The translations under genes were made by a program, and so were the position numbers. A stretch of 36,219 bases of DNA from a virus (taxonomy: Duplodnaviria > Heunggongvirae > Uroviricota > Caudoviricetes). Where the stretch lies: the IMG/VR virus record IMGVR_UViG_2571042636_000009. The stretch is one strand, 5' to 3'. Every line of letters begins with the position of its first letter. Within the stretch, counting starts at the first letter, position 1. The notes under the pieces were generated by a model. That model was not told the DNA's origin. It saw only the letters and a list, made by a program, of their open reading frames with translations, and ran no database searches. Positions 25,817 to 35,877 of this stretch are shown here, piece by piece.

Positions 25817-27324
25817 TGGCAATTCTTGATGATGTGATTGGCGTTTTTTCACCAGGATGGAAAGCGGCAAGGCTGCGTTCCCGTGCGGTGATCCAGGCTT
25901 ATGAGGCCGTAAAAACGACGCGGACACACAAAGCCCGACGGGAGAACCGAACTGCCGACCAGTTAAGCCAGTACGGGGCCGTGTCGTTACGTGAGCAGGC
26001 CCGTTACCTTGATAACAACCACGATCTGGTTATTGGTGTATTTGACAAGCTGGAAGAACGGGTGGTGGGGAAAAACGGGATTATTGTCGAGCCACATCCG
26101 GTATTACGCAATGGGGCCATTGCCCGTGACCTGGCTGCGGAGATTCGCACCCGATGGAGTGAATGGTCTGTCAGCCCGGAAGTCACCGGGCAGTTTACCC
26201 GTCCGATGCTGGAACGTCTGATGCTTCGTACCTGGCTGCGCGATGGTGAGGTGTTTGCCCAGATGGTTTCCGGGCGCATAAACAGCCTGACGCCTTCTGC
26301 CGGTGTTCATTTCTGGCTGGAGGCGCTCGAGCCGGACTTTATTCCCATGACCAGTGATGAGAGCAACAGGCTGAATCAGGGCGTGTTTGTTGATGACTGG
26401 GGGCGTCCCGAAAAATATCTGGTGTATAAAAGCCGTCCCGTATCCGGACGGCAGATGGAAACCAAAGAAGTGGATGCAGAGCGAATGCTGCATCTTAAAT
26501 TTGTTCGCCGTCTGCACCAGATGCGCGGGACGTCTTTATTGTCCGGTGTGCTGATCCGCCTCAGTGCTCTGAAAGAGTATGAAGATTCTGAGCTGACTGC
26601 AGCAAGGATCGCCGCTGCTCTGGGGATGTACATCCGGAAAGGCGACGGGCAGAGCTATGAAGCGGATGGTAATGGCAGCAAGGATAAGGAACGCGAGCTT
26701 ACCATTCAGCCAGGCATTATTTACGATGATCTGAAACCCGGCGAAGAAATCGGAATGGTGAAGTCGGATCGCCCCAATCCTAACCTTGAAACTTTTCGTA
26801 ATGGTCAGTTGCGTGCCGTGGCGGCGGGCAGTCGTCTGAGTTTTTCCAGTACAGCGCGCAACTATAACGGCACTTACAGCGCCCAGCGTCAGGAGCTGGT
26901 TGAATCCACTGATGGCTACCTGATCCTGCAGGACTGGTTTATTGGTGCCGTCACCCGTCCGATGTATCGTGCCTGGCTGAAACAGGCTGTGGCATCCGGT
27001 GTTATCAGGCTACCCCGCGATCTTGACCGTTCTTCACTGTATACCGCGGTGTATTCCGGACCGGTGATGCCGTGGATTGACCCTGTTAAGGAGGCTGAGG
27101 CCTGGAAAATCCAGATTCGTGGTGGAGCGGCGACAGAATCAGACTGGGTACGTGCTGGTGGTCGTAATCCGGATGATGTCAAACGTCGGCGCAAGGCCGA
27201 AATTGATGAAAACCGCAAACTGGATCTGGTATTTGATACCGATCCGGCCAGTGATAAAGGAGGCAGCAGTGCCGCAACGAAACGACATGAGCCGCAGCAC
27301 ACCGACGACCAGTCCGAAGAATAA
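25816..27324 (+). CDS. Portal protein (lambda gpB-like)
   Basis: 502-aa ORF overlapping the W stop (TGATG), in the canonical position after the large terminase and W. Confidence 0.8.
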   Translation: MAILDDVIGVFSPGWKAARLRSRAVIQAYEAVKTTRTHKARRENRTADQLSQYGAVSLREQARYLDNNHDLVIGVFDKLEERVVGKNGIIVEPHPVLRNGAIARDLAAEIRTRWSEWSVSPEVTGQFTRPMLERLMLRTWLRDGEVFAQMVSGRINSLTPSAGVHFWLEALEPDFIPMTSDESNRLNQGVFVDDWGRPEKYLVYKSRPVSGRQMETKEVDAERMLHLKFVRRLHQMRGTSLLSGVLIRLSALKEYEDSELTAARIAAALGMYIRKGDGQSYEADGNGSKDKERELTIQPGIIYDDLKPGEEIGMVKSDRPNPNLETFRNGQLRAVAAGSRLSFSSTARNYNGTYSAQRQELVESTDGYLILQDWFIGAVTRPMYRAWLKQAVASGVIRLPRDLDRSSLYTAVYSGPVMPWIDPVKEAEAWKIQIRGGAATESDWVRAGGRNPDDVKRRRKAEIDENRKLDLVFDTDPASDKGGSSAATKRHEPQHTDDQSEE

Positions 27325-29296
27325 TTCCTGGTTCAGGATGCAGGCTGGTCACCAGAGTGACGCGGATATTTATATTTATGACGAGATTGGTTTCTGGGGT
27401 GTTACAGCGAAGCAGTTTATCAGTGATCTGAATGCACTGGGCGATATCACCCACATTAATCTCCATATTAATTCACCGGGTGGCGATGTCTTTGAAGGCA
27501 TCGCCATTTTTAATGCGCTGAAAACACATGGTGCGTCCATTACCGTTTATGTCGACGGTGTGGCGGCGTCAATGGCGTCGGTCATTGCGATGGTGGGAAA
27601 CCCGGTCATTATGCCGGAAAACACCTTCATGATGATTCATAAACCATTTGGCTTTACGGGCGGTGATGCGGAGGACATGCGCACCTATGCCGACCTGCTC
27701 GATAAAGTTGAGGCGGTTCTGTTACCCGCTTATGCACAGAAAACCGGGAAAACCACCGATGAAATTGCTGCCATGCTGGCGGATGAGACCTGGATGTCCG
27801 GTGCCGAATGTCTGGCACATGGATTTGCTGATCAGGTAACGCCAGCCGTTAAGGCAATGGCATGTATTCAGTCAAAACGTACAGAGGAATTTAAAAAGAT
27901 GCCGGAATCCATTCGAAACATGATTACTCCGCCACGCAACAGTGCTCCACGCGTACAGGATAATGAACCTGAAGCCTCCCGGACGCCAGTGCAGGCAGCA
28001 GCACCCGTGGTGGATGAAAACAGCATCCGTGCGCAGGTACTGGCAGAGCAAAAAGCGCGTGTAAACGGTATTAATGATCTGTTTGCCATGTTTGGCGGGC
28101 GTTATCAGACGCTGCAGGCTCAGTGTCTTGCCGATCCTGAATGTTCGCTGGAGCAGGCCCGCGAAAAGCTGTTGAACGAGATGGGGCGCGAGTCCACGCC
28201 ATCCAATAAAAATACCCCGGCTCATATTTATGCCGGTAACGGTAATTTTGTGGGGGACGGGATCCGCCAGGCGCTGATGGCGCGTGCCGGATTTGAAAAA
28301 ACCGAACGTGATAATGTTTACAACGGGATGACCCTGCGTGAATATGCCCGTATGTCACTAACTGAACGGGGTATTGGGGTTTCCGGTTATAACCCGATGC
28401 AGATGGTCGGTGCGGCGTTCACACACAGTACGTCTGACTTCGGTAATATTCTGCTGGATGTTGCGAACAAAGCCATTCTGCAGGGCTGGGAAGATGCCCC
28501 TGAAACCTATGAACAGTGGACGCGGAAAGGTCAGTTGTCTGATTTTAAAATTGCCCATCGTGTGGGTATGGGTGGCTTCAGTGCTCTGCGTCAGGTGCGT
28601 GAAGGGGCGGAATATAAATACGTCACCACCGGAGATAAACAGGCCACTATTGCACTGGCGACCTATGGCGAGCTGTTCAGTATCACCCGTCAGGCCATTA
28701 TCAATGATGATCTGAATATGCTGACCGATGTCCCGATGAAACTGGGCCGTGCGGCGAAATCCACTATTGCCGATCTGGTTTATGCCATTCTGACGTCTAA
28801 CCCGAAAATCTCCACAGATAATGTAAGTCTGTTCGATAAAGCGAAACATGCAAACGTACTGGAGAGCGCTGCAATGGACGTGGCATCGCTGGATAAAGCC
28901 CGCCAGTTGATGCGCGTTCAGAAAGAGGGGGAGCGTCATCTGAATATTCGTCCTGCGTTCGTACTGGTACCGACGGCGATGGAGTCTGTTGCTAACCAGG
29001 TCATTCGCTCCTCAAGTGTCAAGGGGGCTGACATTAACGCCGGTATTATTAACCCGGTGAAAGATTTTGCGACCGTTATTGCAGAGCCTCGTCTTGATGA
29101 TAACAGCCAGACCACCTTCTACCTGGCTGCGTCAAAAGGCTCCGATACGATTGAAGTGGCTTATCTCAACGGTGTGGATACGCCATATATTGATCAGATG
29201 GAGGGCTTCAGTGTGGATGGCGTGACAACGAAAGTGCGTATTGACGCCGGTGTCGCGCCAGTTGATCACCGCGGTCTGGTGAAATGTACGGCGTAA
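27269..29296 (+). CDS. Prohead protease (ClpP/S49-like) fused to major capsid protein
   Basis: 675-aa ORF with AAAGGAGG 6 nt before the GTG at 27269. The N-terminal 200 aa look like a ClpP/S49 peptidase (NSPGGDVFEGIAIFNAL, VDGVAASMASVIAMVG); the rest is capsid-sized. Followed by a strong terminator. Confidence 0.75.
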   Translation: MPQRNDMSRSTPTTSPKNNSWFRMQAGHQSDADIYIYDEIGFWGVTAKQFISDLNALGDITHINLHINSPGGDVFEGIAIFNALKTHGASITVYVDGVAASMASVIAMVGNPVIMPENTFMMIHKPFGFTGGDAEDMRTYADLLDKVEAVLLPAYAQKTGKTTDEIAAMLADETWMSGAECLAHGFADQVTPAVKAMACIQSKRTEEFKKMPESIRNMITPPRNSAPRVQDNEPEASRTPVQAAAPVVDENSIRAQVLAEQKARVNGINDLFAMFGGRYQTLQAQCLADPECSLEQAREKLLNEMGRESTPSNKNTPAHIYAGNGNFVGDGIRQALMARAGFEKTERDNVYNGMTLREYARMSLTERGIGVSGYNPMQMVGAAFTHSTSDFGNILLDVANKAILQGWEDAPETYEQWTRKGQLSDFKIAHRVGMGGFSALRQVREGAEYKYVTTGDKQATIALATYGELFSITRQAIINDDLNMLTDVPMKLGRAAKSTIADLVYAILTSNPKISTDNVSLFDKAKHANVLESAAMDVASLDKARQLMRVQKEGERHLNIRPAFVLVPTAMESVANQVIRSSSVKGADINAGIINPVKDFATVIAEPRLDDNSQTTFYLAASKGSDTIEVAYLNGVDTPYIDQMEGFSVDGVTTKVRIDAGVAPVDHRGLVKCTA

Positions 29297-29319
29297 ACGT
29301 CGCAGACAACAACTCTGAT

Positions 29320-29339
29320 GGCCCGTAAGGGCTTTTTTT
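29320..29339 (+). terminator. Rho-independent terminator after the capsid gene
   Basis: GCCC-GTAA-GGGC followed by TTTTTTT. Confidence 0.6.
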
Positions 29340-29382
29340 GTACCTGAAATCAGCCCCTGAACGGGGCTGTGCGGAGACAGTT

Positions 29383-29706
29383 ATGGCAAAGAATTTTGTA
29401 GAAGAAGGAAAAACGGTGGCGATTGTTGCCAGTGCAGCCATCAGCAGCGGAGATCTGGTGCAGGTGGGTGATGTTTTTGCGGTGGCGCTGACCGATATTC
29501 CACAGGGTGAAACAGGCGACGGCATGACCGAAGGTGTGTTTATCCTGCCTAAACTGAAAACGGATGACATGAAAACGGGTAAGAAGGTTTATCTGAAGTC
29601 CGGAAAAGTTCAGCTGACTAACAGCGGCTCTGATCCGCTGGTCGGGGTTGTCTGGGCAGATGCCGGAACCAGTGCAGAAGAAGTGCCGGTAAAACTCAAT
29701 GTCTGA
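29383..29706 (+). CDS. Head decoration / DUF2190-like small structural protein
   Basis: 107-aa Gly/Val-rich ORF directly after the capsid gene. Confidence 0.55.
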   Translation: MAKNFVEEGKTVAIVASAAISSGDLVQVGDVFAVALTDIPQGETGDGMTEGVFILPKLKTDDMKTGKKVYLKSGKVQLTNSGSDPLVGVVWADAGTSAEEVPVKLNV

Positions 29707-29974
29707 TCCCTTTTCCCGGCTGGCAGCGCGTATGGATGCGATCACGGTCAGAAAGATGGGAAAGACAGCCTCGATTAATGATGTCGATATGGCTGTGATC
29801 CCGGGCGAAACACTGGCAGAGCTGAATGCTCTGTCCGGACCTGCGGTCTCTCTGGTGGTGTTTTCTTCGGGATACCGCCCACGGCGCGGGGATCGCGTTG
29901 TTTATGACGGACAACAATGGACGGTCACACGGCATGAACGTTTTAACGGTAAGCCAATGATCTTTATTGAGTAA
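29699..29974 (+). CDS. Head completion / head-tail connector protein
   Basis: 91-aa ORF overlapping the previous stop, in the position of lambda FII. Confidence 0.5.
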   Translation: MSDPFSRLAARMDAITVRKMGKTASINDVDMAVIPGETLAELNALSGPAVSLVVFSSGYRPRRGDRVVYDGQQWTVTRHERFNGKPMIFIE

Positions 29975-29985
29975 AGAGGTGTGGG

Positions 29986-30564
29986 ATGAAGGGGCTTGAG
30001 AATGCCATCCGCAATCTGAACAGCCTTGATACCCGTATGGTGCCACAGGCCAGCGCATGGGCGATAAACCGTGTGGCACAGAAAGCGGTCTCGGTTGCCA
30101 CCCGGCAGGTTGCCGGGAATACCGTTGCGGGAGATAACCAGGTGAAAGGGATCCCCCTGAAACTGGTACGTCAGCGTGTCCGGGTGTTTAAAGCCAGTCC
30201 GTCAGGAAAAATGACGGCCAGGATCCGCGTTAACCGGGGCAATCTGCCCGCCATTAAGCTGGGGACAGCCCGGGTCAGACTGGCCCGGCGTGGTGGAAAA
30301 CTGCAGTACCGTGGCAGTGTGCTGAAGGTGGGTAAATATCTTTTCCGGGATGCGTTTATTCAGCAACTGGCGAATGGTCGCTGGCATGTGATGCGGCGTA
30401 TTGATGGCAAAAATCGTTACCCCATTGATGTGGTGAAAATCCCGCTTTCCGGACCGCTGACACAGGCATTTGAAGATGCCCGCGACCGCATCATTGCTGC
30501 GGAAATGCCGAAACAGCTGGGGTATGCACTGAAACAACAACTGAGGTTATGGCTGACCCGATGA
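29986..30564 (+). CDS. Minor tail protein Z-like (tail completion)
   Basis: 192-aa ORF, same length as lambda gpZ, basic; followed by U, V, G/T, H, M and L homologues in lambda order. Confidence 0.7.
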   Translation: MKGLENAIRNLNSLDTRMVPQASAWAINRVAQKAVSVATRQVAGNTVAGDNQVKGIPLKLVRQRVRVFKASPSGKMTARIRVNRGNLPAIKLGTARVRLARRGGKLQYRGSVLKVGKYLFRDAFIQQLANGRWHVMRRIDGKNRYPIDVVKIPLSGPLTQAFEDARDRIIAAEMPKQLGYALKQQLRLWLTR

Positions 30565-30962
30565 ACCGACATACACAAATCCGCCAGGCCGTACTGGCAC
30601 GCCTTCGGGAACAGTGTGGAGACAGCGCCACGTTTTTTGACGGGCTTCCGGCATTTATTGATGCGCAGGAACTGCCTGCCGTGGCGGTGTGGCTGAGTGA
30701 TGCTCAGTACACCGGAAAAATGACGGATGAAGATGACTGGCAGGCTGTTCTGCATATTGCTGTCTTCATCCGGGCACAGGCACCGGATTCAGAGCTGGAT
30801 ATGTGGATGGAGAGCACCATTTTCCCGGCTCTGAATGATATACCGGCACTTTCCGGACTCATCGACACCCTGATCCCTCTCGGTTTTAACTATCAACGTG
30901 ATAATGAGATGGCCACCTGGGCGATGGCGGAAATCACGTACCAGATCACGTACACGAATTAA
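30549..30962 (+). CDS. Minor tail protein U-like (tail terminator)
   Basis: 137-aa ORF overlapping the Z stop, upstream of the major tail gene. Confidence 0.7.
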   Translation: MADPMNRHTQIRQAVLARLREQCGDSATFFDGLPAFIDAQELPAVAVWLSDAQYTGKMTDEDDWQAVLHIAVFIRAQAPDSELDMWMESTIFPALNDIPALSGLIDTLIPLGFNYQRDNEMATWAMAEITYQITYTN

Positions 30963-30973
30963 AGGAGGTGGCA

Positions 30974-31717
30974 ATGACCACACCAAATCCACTGGCAAAA
31001 ACGAAAGGTGCGGGAACGACGTTCTGGATGTACACCGGCAAGGGCGATGCGTTTGCGAACCCTTTATCGGACACTGACTGGCTGCGTCTTGCGATGGTGA
31101 AGGATCTGCAACCTGGCGAAATGACCGCTGATGCAGAAGATGACACTTATCTCGATGATGAAGATGCAGACTGGAAAACGACAACACAGGGGCAGAAATC
31201 CGTCGGTGATACTTCGGCGACGCTGGCCTGGCGTCCGGGTGACAGCGGACAGAAAAAACTGGTTCAGTTGTTCGACTCCGGTGAAGTCTGCGCGTTTCGT
31301 ATCAAATATCCCAACGGCACTGTTGATGTTTTCCGTGGCTGGCTGAGCTCACTGGGTAAAACCATTGCCTCAAAAGACGTGATGACCCGCACAGTGAAAA
31401 TCAGCGGTGTGGGGCGTCCGTATCTGGCAGAGGAAGGCACTGAAACAGTGAGCGTTACCGGGCTGACGGTGGCACCGGCATCTGCCAGTGTAAAAGTGGG
31501 AGCAACCACCACGCTGACCTTTACAGTAAAACCTGACGGAGCCAGTGACAAAGCGATCAGTGTGCATTCGACAGATCCACAGACTGCCACGGTGACCCTG
31601 AACGGGCTTGTGGCCACGGTGAAAGGCGTGAAGCAGGGCAGTGTCAGCATTGTGGGCATGACTTCTGACGGCGATTTTGTGGCAGTGGCTGCGGTGGCTG
31701 TCAGCGCCGCAGGTTAA
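30974..31717 (+). CDS. Major tail protein V-like with C-terminal Ig-like (Big_2) domain
   Basis: 247-aa ORF with AAGGAGG RBS; C-terminal Ig-like repeat (TVAPASASVKVGATTTLTFTVKPDGASDKAISVHSTDPQTATVTLNG); followed by a terminator. Confidence 0.8.
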   Translation: MTTPNPLAKTKGAGTTFWMYTGKGDAFANPLSDTDWLRLAMVKDLQPGEMTADAEDDTYLDDEDADWKTTTQGQKSVGDTSATLAWRPGDSGQKKLVQLFDSGEVCAFRIKYPNGTVDVFRGWLSSLGKTIASKDVMTRTVKISGVGRPYLAEEGTETVSVTGLTVAPASASVKVGATTTLTFTVKPDGASDKAISVHSTDPQTATVTLNGLVATVKGVKQGSVSIVGMTSDGDFVAVAAVAVSAAG

Positions 31718-31737
31718 CAGGACGATACTCATCATTT

Positions 31738-31762
31738 GCCCCGGTTATCCGGGGCTTTTTTG
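31738..31762 (+). terminator. Rho-independent terminator after the major tail gene
   Basis: CCCCGG-TTAT-CCGGGG followed by a T-run; it overlaps the longest track ORF for G, which supports the later G start at 31775. Confidence 0.6.
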
Positions 31763-31774
31763 CAGGTGGAGAAC

Positions 31775-32164
31775 ATGATGTTTCTGAAACAGGGCACGTT
31801 TAATTATGAAAAGCAGTCCGTGGTGCTCAGTGAGCTGTCCGGGCTGCAGAGAATTGAATATCTGGCGTTTGTTCAGCAGCGAACGGCAAAGTTTGATGCC
31901 GAAGAGGGAGAACTGCCGGAGGCTGAACGACAGATTGCTTTTCTGCGGATGGGGATGGATATCAATGCCTGGCTGGTTTCCCGCTCACTGTGGAATGCGG
32001 AACAGTCTCAGGATGTTGAGACGCTTTGCGCATCCGTTATTACAACATGGTCGTATGATGCCCTGGGAGCGGGGGCGGAGATGGTTCTGTCGCTGAGCGG
32101 TATGGGAGCCATTGAGAATGCCGGGGATTTGGAGCATGAGGTGCTGACGCCGGAAAAGTCCTGA
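31775..32164 (+). CDS. Tail assembly chaperone G-like
   Basis: 129-aa ORF (MMFLKQGTFNYEK...) with AGGTGGAG RBS, between the major tail and tape-measure genes. Confidence 0.75.
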   Translation: MMFLKQGTFNYEKQSVVLSELSGLQRIEYLAFVQQRTAKFDAEEGELPEAERQIAFLRMGMDINAWLVSRSLWNAEQSQDVETLCASVITTWSYDALGAGAEMVLSLSGMGAIENAGDLEHEVLTPEKS

Positions 32165-32172
32165 CGCGGGAA

Positions 32173-32502
32173 ATGCAGTTTGTCATGCGGCTTGCCCGGG
32201 AGTTCCGGCGGGCAGACTGGCGGCGGATGCTGTCGGAAATGTCGGCCACTGAGCTTGGTGAGTGGGGCGATTATTTCCGGATGCAGAGCTTCAGTGATGT
32301 GTGGATGGATGCGCAGTTTGCCTCGCTGAAGGCATTGATCGTGAGAATGGTGTCCGGTAGCAGTGATGCTGCGGTGGCTGATTTCAGCCTTTTACCGGAA
32401 GAGAACGGGATACCGGAGCGAACGGACGAAGAACTGATGCATCTTGGGGAAGGTATTTCCGGAGGTGTGCGTTATGGACCAGATAGCCAACCTGGTCATT
32501 GA
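32173..32502 (+). CDS. Tail assembly chaperone T-frame segment (expected to be expressed as a G-T fusion by -1 frameshift)
   Basis: The -1 frame relative to G is open from 32140 to 32502 and overlaps the G 3-prime end by 25 nt. The only slippery-like sequence in the overlap is CCGGAAAAG (32149-32157). Confidence 0.55.
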   Translation: MQFVMRLAREFRRADWRRMLSEMSATELGEWGDYFRMQSFSDVWMDAQFASLKALIVRMVSGSSDAAVADFSLLPEENGIPERTDEELMHLGEGISGGVRYGPDSQPGH

Positions 32503-35500
32503 TTTGGGGATTGATGCGGCAGAGTTTAAAAATGAAATTCCCCGTATCAAAAACCTTCTGAATGGTGCAGCCAGCGATGCAGAACGGTCTTCTGCCCGTA
32601 TGCAGCGTCTTATGGAGCGTCAGACTCAGGCCGCCCGGCAGACAATGCAGGCGGCTTCTTCGGCTGCAACAGCCGCATCCGTCCATGCGCAGACGGTGGA
32701 GAAGAGCGCACAGGCTCATGAACGCATGGCCCGCGAGGTGGAGCAAACCCGCCAGCGTATGGAGGCACTGAGCCAGAAAATGCGCGAGGAACAGGCGCAG
32801 GCCATGGCTCTGGCGGAGGCTCAGGATAAAGCGGCTGCCGCGTTTTATCGTCAGATTGACAGTGTGAAACAGGCCAGTGCGGGGCTGCAGGAATTACAGC
32901 GTATTCAGCAGCAGATCCGACAGGCCAGAAACAGTGGCGGGATTGGTCAGCAGGATTATCTGGCGCTGATTTCTGAGGTTACGGCGAAAACCCGTGTTCT
33001 TACGCAGGCTGAGGCAGAGGCTACCCGACAGAAAGTGGCGTTTATCCGTCAGCTTAAAGAGCAGGCAACCCGCCAGAATCTTTCTTCTTCTGAGTTGCTT
33101 CGTGCTAAGGCTGCCCAGCTGGGGGTAAGCAGTGCTGCAGAAGTGTATATCCGCAAAATGGAGCAGGCAGGAAAAGCCACGCATTCGCTGGGTCTGAAAA
33201 GTGCAGCGGCCCGCCAGGAGATAGGCGTTCTGATAGGTGAACTGGCTCGCGGCAATTTAGGTGCGCTGAGGGGATCCGGGATAACGCTGGCTAACCGTGC
33301 CGGATGGATAGACACACTGATGTCACCGAAAGGCATGATGCTGGGCGGGGTTATTGGCGGTATTGCCGCGGCCGTCTATGGTCTGGGTAAAGCCTGGTAT
33401 GATGGTCAGAAGGAGGGGGAAGAATTTAACCGCCAGTTGTCGCTGACGGGGCATTATGCCGGAGTCACTGCCGGGCAGCTGTGGACGCTCAGTCGTGCTA
33501 TTGCCGGGAATGGTATTACGCAACATGCTGCAGCCGGTGCGCTGGCTCAGGTGGTGGGGAGTGGTGCATTTCGTGGAAACGATATCGGTATGGTGGCGAG
33601 AGCTGCCGCACAGATGGAGCGATCGGTTGGCCAGTCGGTCAGCGATACCATAAATCAGTTTAAGCGGCTGAAGGATGATCCTGTAAATGCCGCGAAGGCT
33701 CTGGACAATGAGCTGCATTTTCTTACTGCCACTCAGCTTGAACAGATACGCGTCCTTGGGGAACAGGGGCGGTCCAGTGATGCGGCACGGATAGCCATGT
33801 CTGCACTGGCAGAGGAAACCGGTCGGCGTACTGCGGATATTGATAATAACCTCAATGCGCTGGGCAGTACGCTGAAGTATCTGTCTGATTTATGGAGTCG
33901 TTTCTGGGATGCGGCCATGAATATTGGTCGTGAAGACTCGCTGGATGAACAGATTTCCGCTTTACAGGAGAAAGTGTCGCGGGCGAAAAGACTCCCCTGG
34001 ACGGCATCATCTTCTCAGGTTGAGTACGATCAGCAGCGTCTTAACGAGCTTCAGGAGAAAAAACGCCAGAAGGATTTGCAGGATGCAAAAGAGCAGGCAG
34101 AGCGGAATTATCAGGAGCAACAGAAACGCCGTAATGCTGAAAATGCTGCACTGAACCGGATGAATGAAACGGAAGCAGCACGACATCAGCGTGAAATTGC
34201 GCGTATTAATGCCATGCAGTACGCCGATCAGGCTGTCAGGGATGCGGCGATACAACGTGAAAATGAACGTTACGAGAAAGCCCTGGCATCCGGTAAGAAA
34301 AAAACACGCGAACCCCGTAATGATGAGGCCACCCGGTTATTGCTGCAGTACAGTCAGCAACAGGCACAGGTGGAAGGACAGATTGCTGCTGCAAGACAGT
34401 CAGCAGGCATTGCCACGGAAAGGATGACAGAAGCGCATAAACAGCTTCTGGCTCTGCAGCAGCGCATCAGCGATCTGGACGGGAAAAAACTGACGGCAGA
34501 TGAAAAGAGTGTGCTGGCCCGTAAAGATGAACTGATTCAGGCACTGACGCTGCTGGATGTAAAACAGCAGGAGCTTCAGAAACAGACGGCACTCAACGAT
34601 CTGAAGAAAAAAACAATTCAGCTGACCAGTCAACTGGCTGAAGAAGAGCGCGCTCAGCGTCAGCAACATGACCTGGATATCGCCACGGTGGGTATGGGTG
34701 ATCAGCAGCGGCAGCGATATCAGGTACAACTGAGTCTTCGCCAGAAATACCAGCAACAGCTGGAGCAGTTGAGGCGGGATAGTGAGCAGAAAGGGACATA
34801 TAACACGGATGACTACAGAAAGGCCGAGCAGGCGCTGACGGAGAGCCTGAACCGACAACTGAATGAGAATCGCCGTTACTGGCAACAGCTTGAAGTTGTG
34901 CAGGGTAACTGGAAAAACGGAGTCCTGCGTGCATTTCAGGATTTTACCGTGGATGCAGACAATACGGCAGGAACAGCAGAACAGGTGTTCTCATCAGCCT
35001 TCAGCAACATGGGAAATGGCCTGGCAACTTTTGTCACTACCGGCAAACTCAACGTCAAATCCTTCACCTCTTCGGTGCTGTCAGATATGGCGAAAATCCT
35101 GGCGCAGGCAACCATGATGAAATCGATAAAAGGGATTGGCAGTGTACTGGGATTTGATCTCAGCAGCCTTTCCCTGAATGCCAATGGGGGGATTTATCAG
35201 TCTGCTGATTTGAGTCGTTACAGTGGCACGGTGGTTAACCGTCCGACGTTTTTTGCTTTTGCAAAAGGCGCGGGTGTGATGGGGGAAGCTGGACCTGAAG
35301 CCATTCTGCCACTGCGTCGTGGTGCTGACGGTAAGCTGGGGGTTGTGGCGGATATTGGTGGTTCAGGTATGGCGATGTTTGCCCCGCAGTACAACATCGA
35401 GATCAATAACGATGGCACGAACGGGCAGATAGGTCCGGCTGCCCTGAAGGTGGTTTATGACCTTGGGAAAAAAGCGGCAGCGGACTTTATGCAACAGCAG

Positions 35501-35539
35501 GCCCGTGATGGTGGTCGGTTAAGTGGAGCATATCGGTAA
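32474..35539 (+). CDS. Tail tape measure protein (gpH-like)
   Basis: 1021-aa ORF with GGAGG RBS; long Ala/Gln/Glu/Arg-rich coiled-coil-like sequence; located between G/T and M. Confidence 0.85.
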   Translation: MDQIANLVIDLGIDAAEFKNEIPRIKNLLNGAASDAERSSARMQRLMERQTQAARQTMQAASSAATAASVHAQTVEKSAQAHERMAREVEQTRQRMEALSQKMREEQAQAMALAEAQDKAAAAFYRQIDSVKQASAGLQELQRIQQQIRQARNSGGIGQQDYLALISEVTAKTRVLTQAEAEATRQKVAFIRQLKEQATRQNLSSSELLRAKAAQLGVSSAAEVYIRKMEQAGKATHSLGLKSAAARQEIGVLIGELARGNLGALRGSGITLANRAGWIDTLMSPKGMMLGGVIGGIAAAVYGLGKAWYDGQKEGEEFNRQLSLTGHYAGVTAGQLWTLSRAIAGNGITQHAAAGALAQVVGSGAFRGNDIGMVARAAAQMERSVGQSVSDTINQFKRLKDDPVNAAKALDNELHFLTATQLEQIRVLGEQGRSSDAARIAMSALAEETGRRTADIDNNLNALGSTLKYLSDLWSRFWDAAMNIGREDSLDEQISALQEKVSRAKRLPWTASSSQVEYDQQRLNELQEKKRQKDLQDAKEQAERNYQEQQKRRNAENAALNRMNETEAARHQREIARINAMQYADQAVRDAAIQRENERYEKALASGKKKTREPRNDEATRLLLQYSQQQAQVEGQIAAARQSAGIATERMTEAHKQLLALQQRISDLDGKKLTADEKSVLARKDELIQALTLLDVKQQELQKQTALNDLKKKTIQLTSQLAEEERAQRQQHDLDIATVGMGDQQRQRYQVQLSLRQKYQQQLEQLRRDSEQKGTYNTDDYRKAEQALTESLNRQLNENRRYWQQLEVVQGNWKNGVLRAFQDFTVDADNTAGTAEQVFSSAFSNMGNGLATFVTTGKLNVKSFTSSVLSDMAKILAQATMMKSIKGIGSVLGFDLSSLSLNANGGIYQSADLSRYSGTVVNRPTFFAFAKGAGVMGEAGPEAILPLRRGADGKLGVVADIGGSGMAMFAPQYNIEINNDGTNGQIGPAALKVVYDLGKKAAADFMQQQARDGGRLSGAYR

Positions 35540-35868
35540 TGGAGACGTTTCACTGGAAAGTGCGCCCGGATATGAATGTGGTATCAGAGCCGAAAGTGGT
35601 GACAGTGAAGCTGGGCGATGGTTATGAACAGCGTCGTGCGGCGGGACTGAATAACCAGTTGTCGATTTACAGCGTGACGATACGTGTTCGTAAATGTGAA
35701 CACCCATCTTTAAAAGCCTTTCTGGAACGGCACGGTGGCGTCCGCGCATTTCAGTGGACGCCACCTTATGACTGGAAGCCGATCAGGGTGGTTTGTCGTA
35801 AATGGTCGGCAAGCGTGGGGGCGTTGTGGGTAACCATAACGGCAGATTTTGAACAGGTCGTGGCATAG
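35539..35868 (+). CDS. Minor tail protein M-like
   Basis: 109-aa ORF, same length as lambda gpM, start overlapping the H stop (TAATG). Confidence 0.75.
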   Translation: METFHWKVRPDMNVVSEPKVVTVKLGDGYEQRRAAGLNNQLSIYSVTIRVRKCEHPSLKAFLERHGGVRAFQWTPPYDWKPIRVVCRKWSASVGALWVTITADFEQVVA

Positions 35869-35877
35869 GAGTCTCTG

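Noticed and set aside
32562-35418. Antisense and alternate-frame ORFs within the tape-measure gene (for example 33323-33718, 34400-34885, 34593-34934)
   Set aside because: Embedded in the 1021-aa tape-measure ORF, which is strongly supported by position and composition; repetitive sequence generates long spurious frames.
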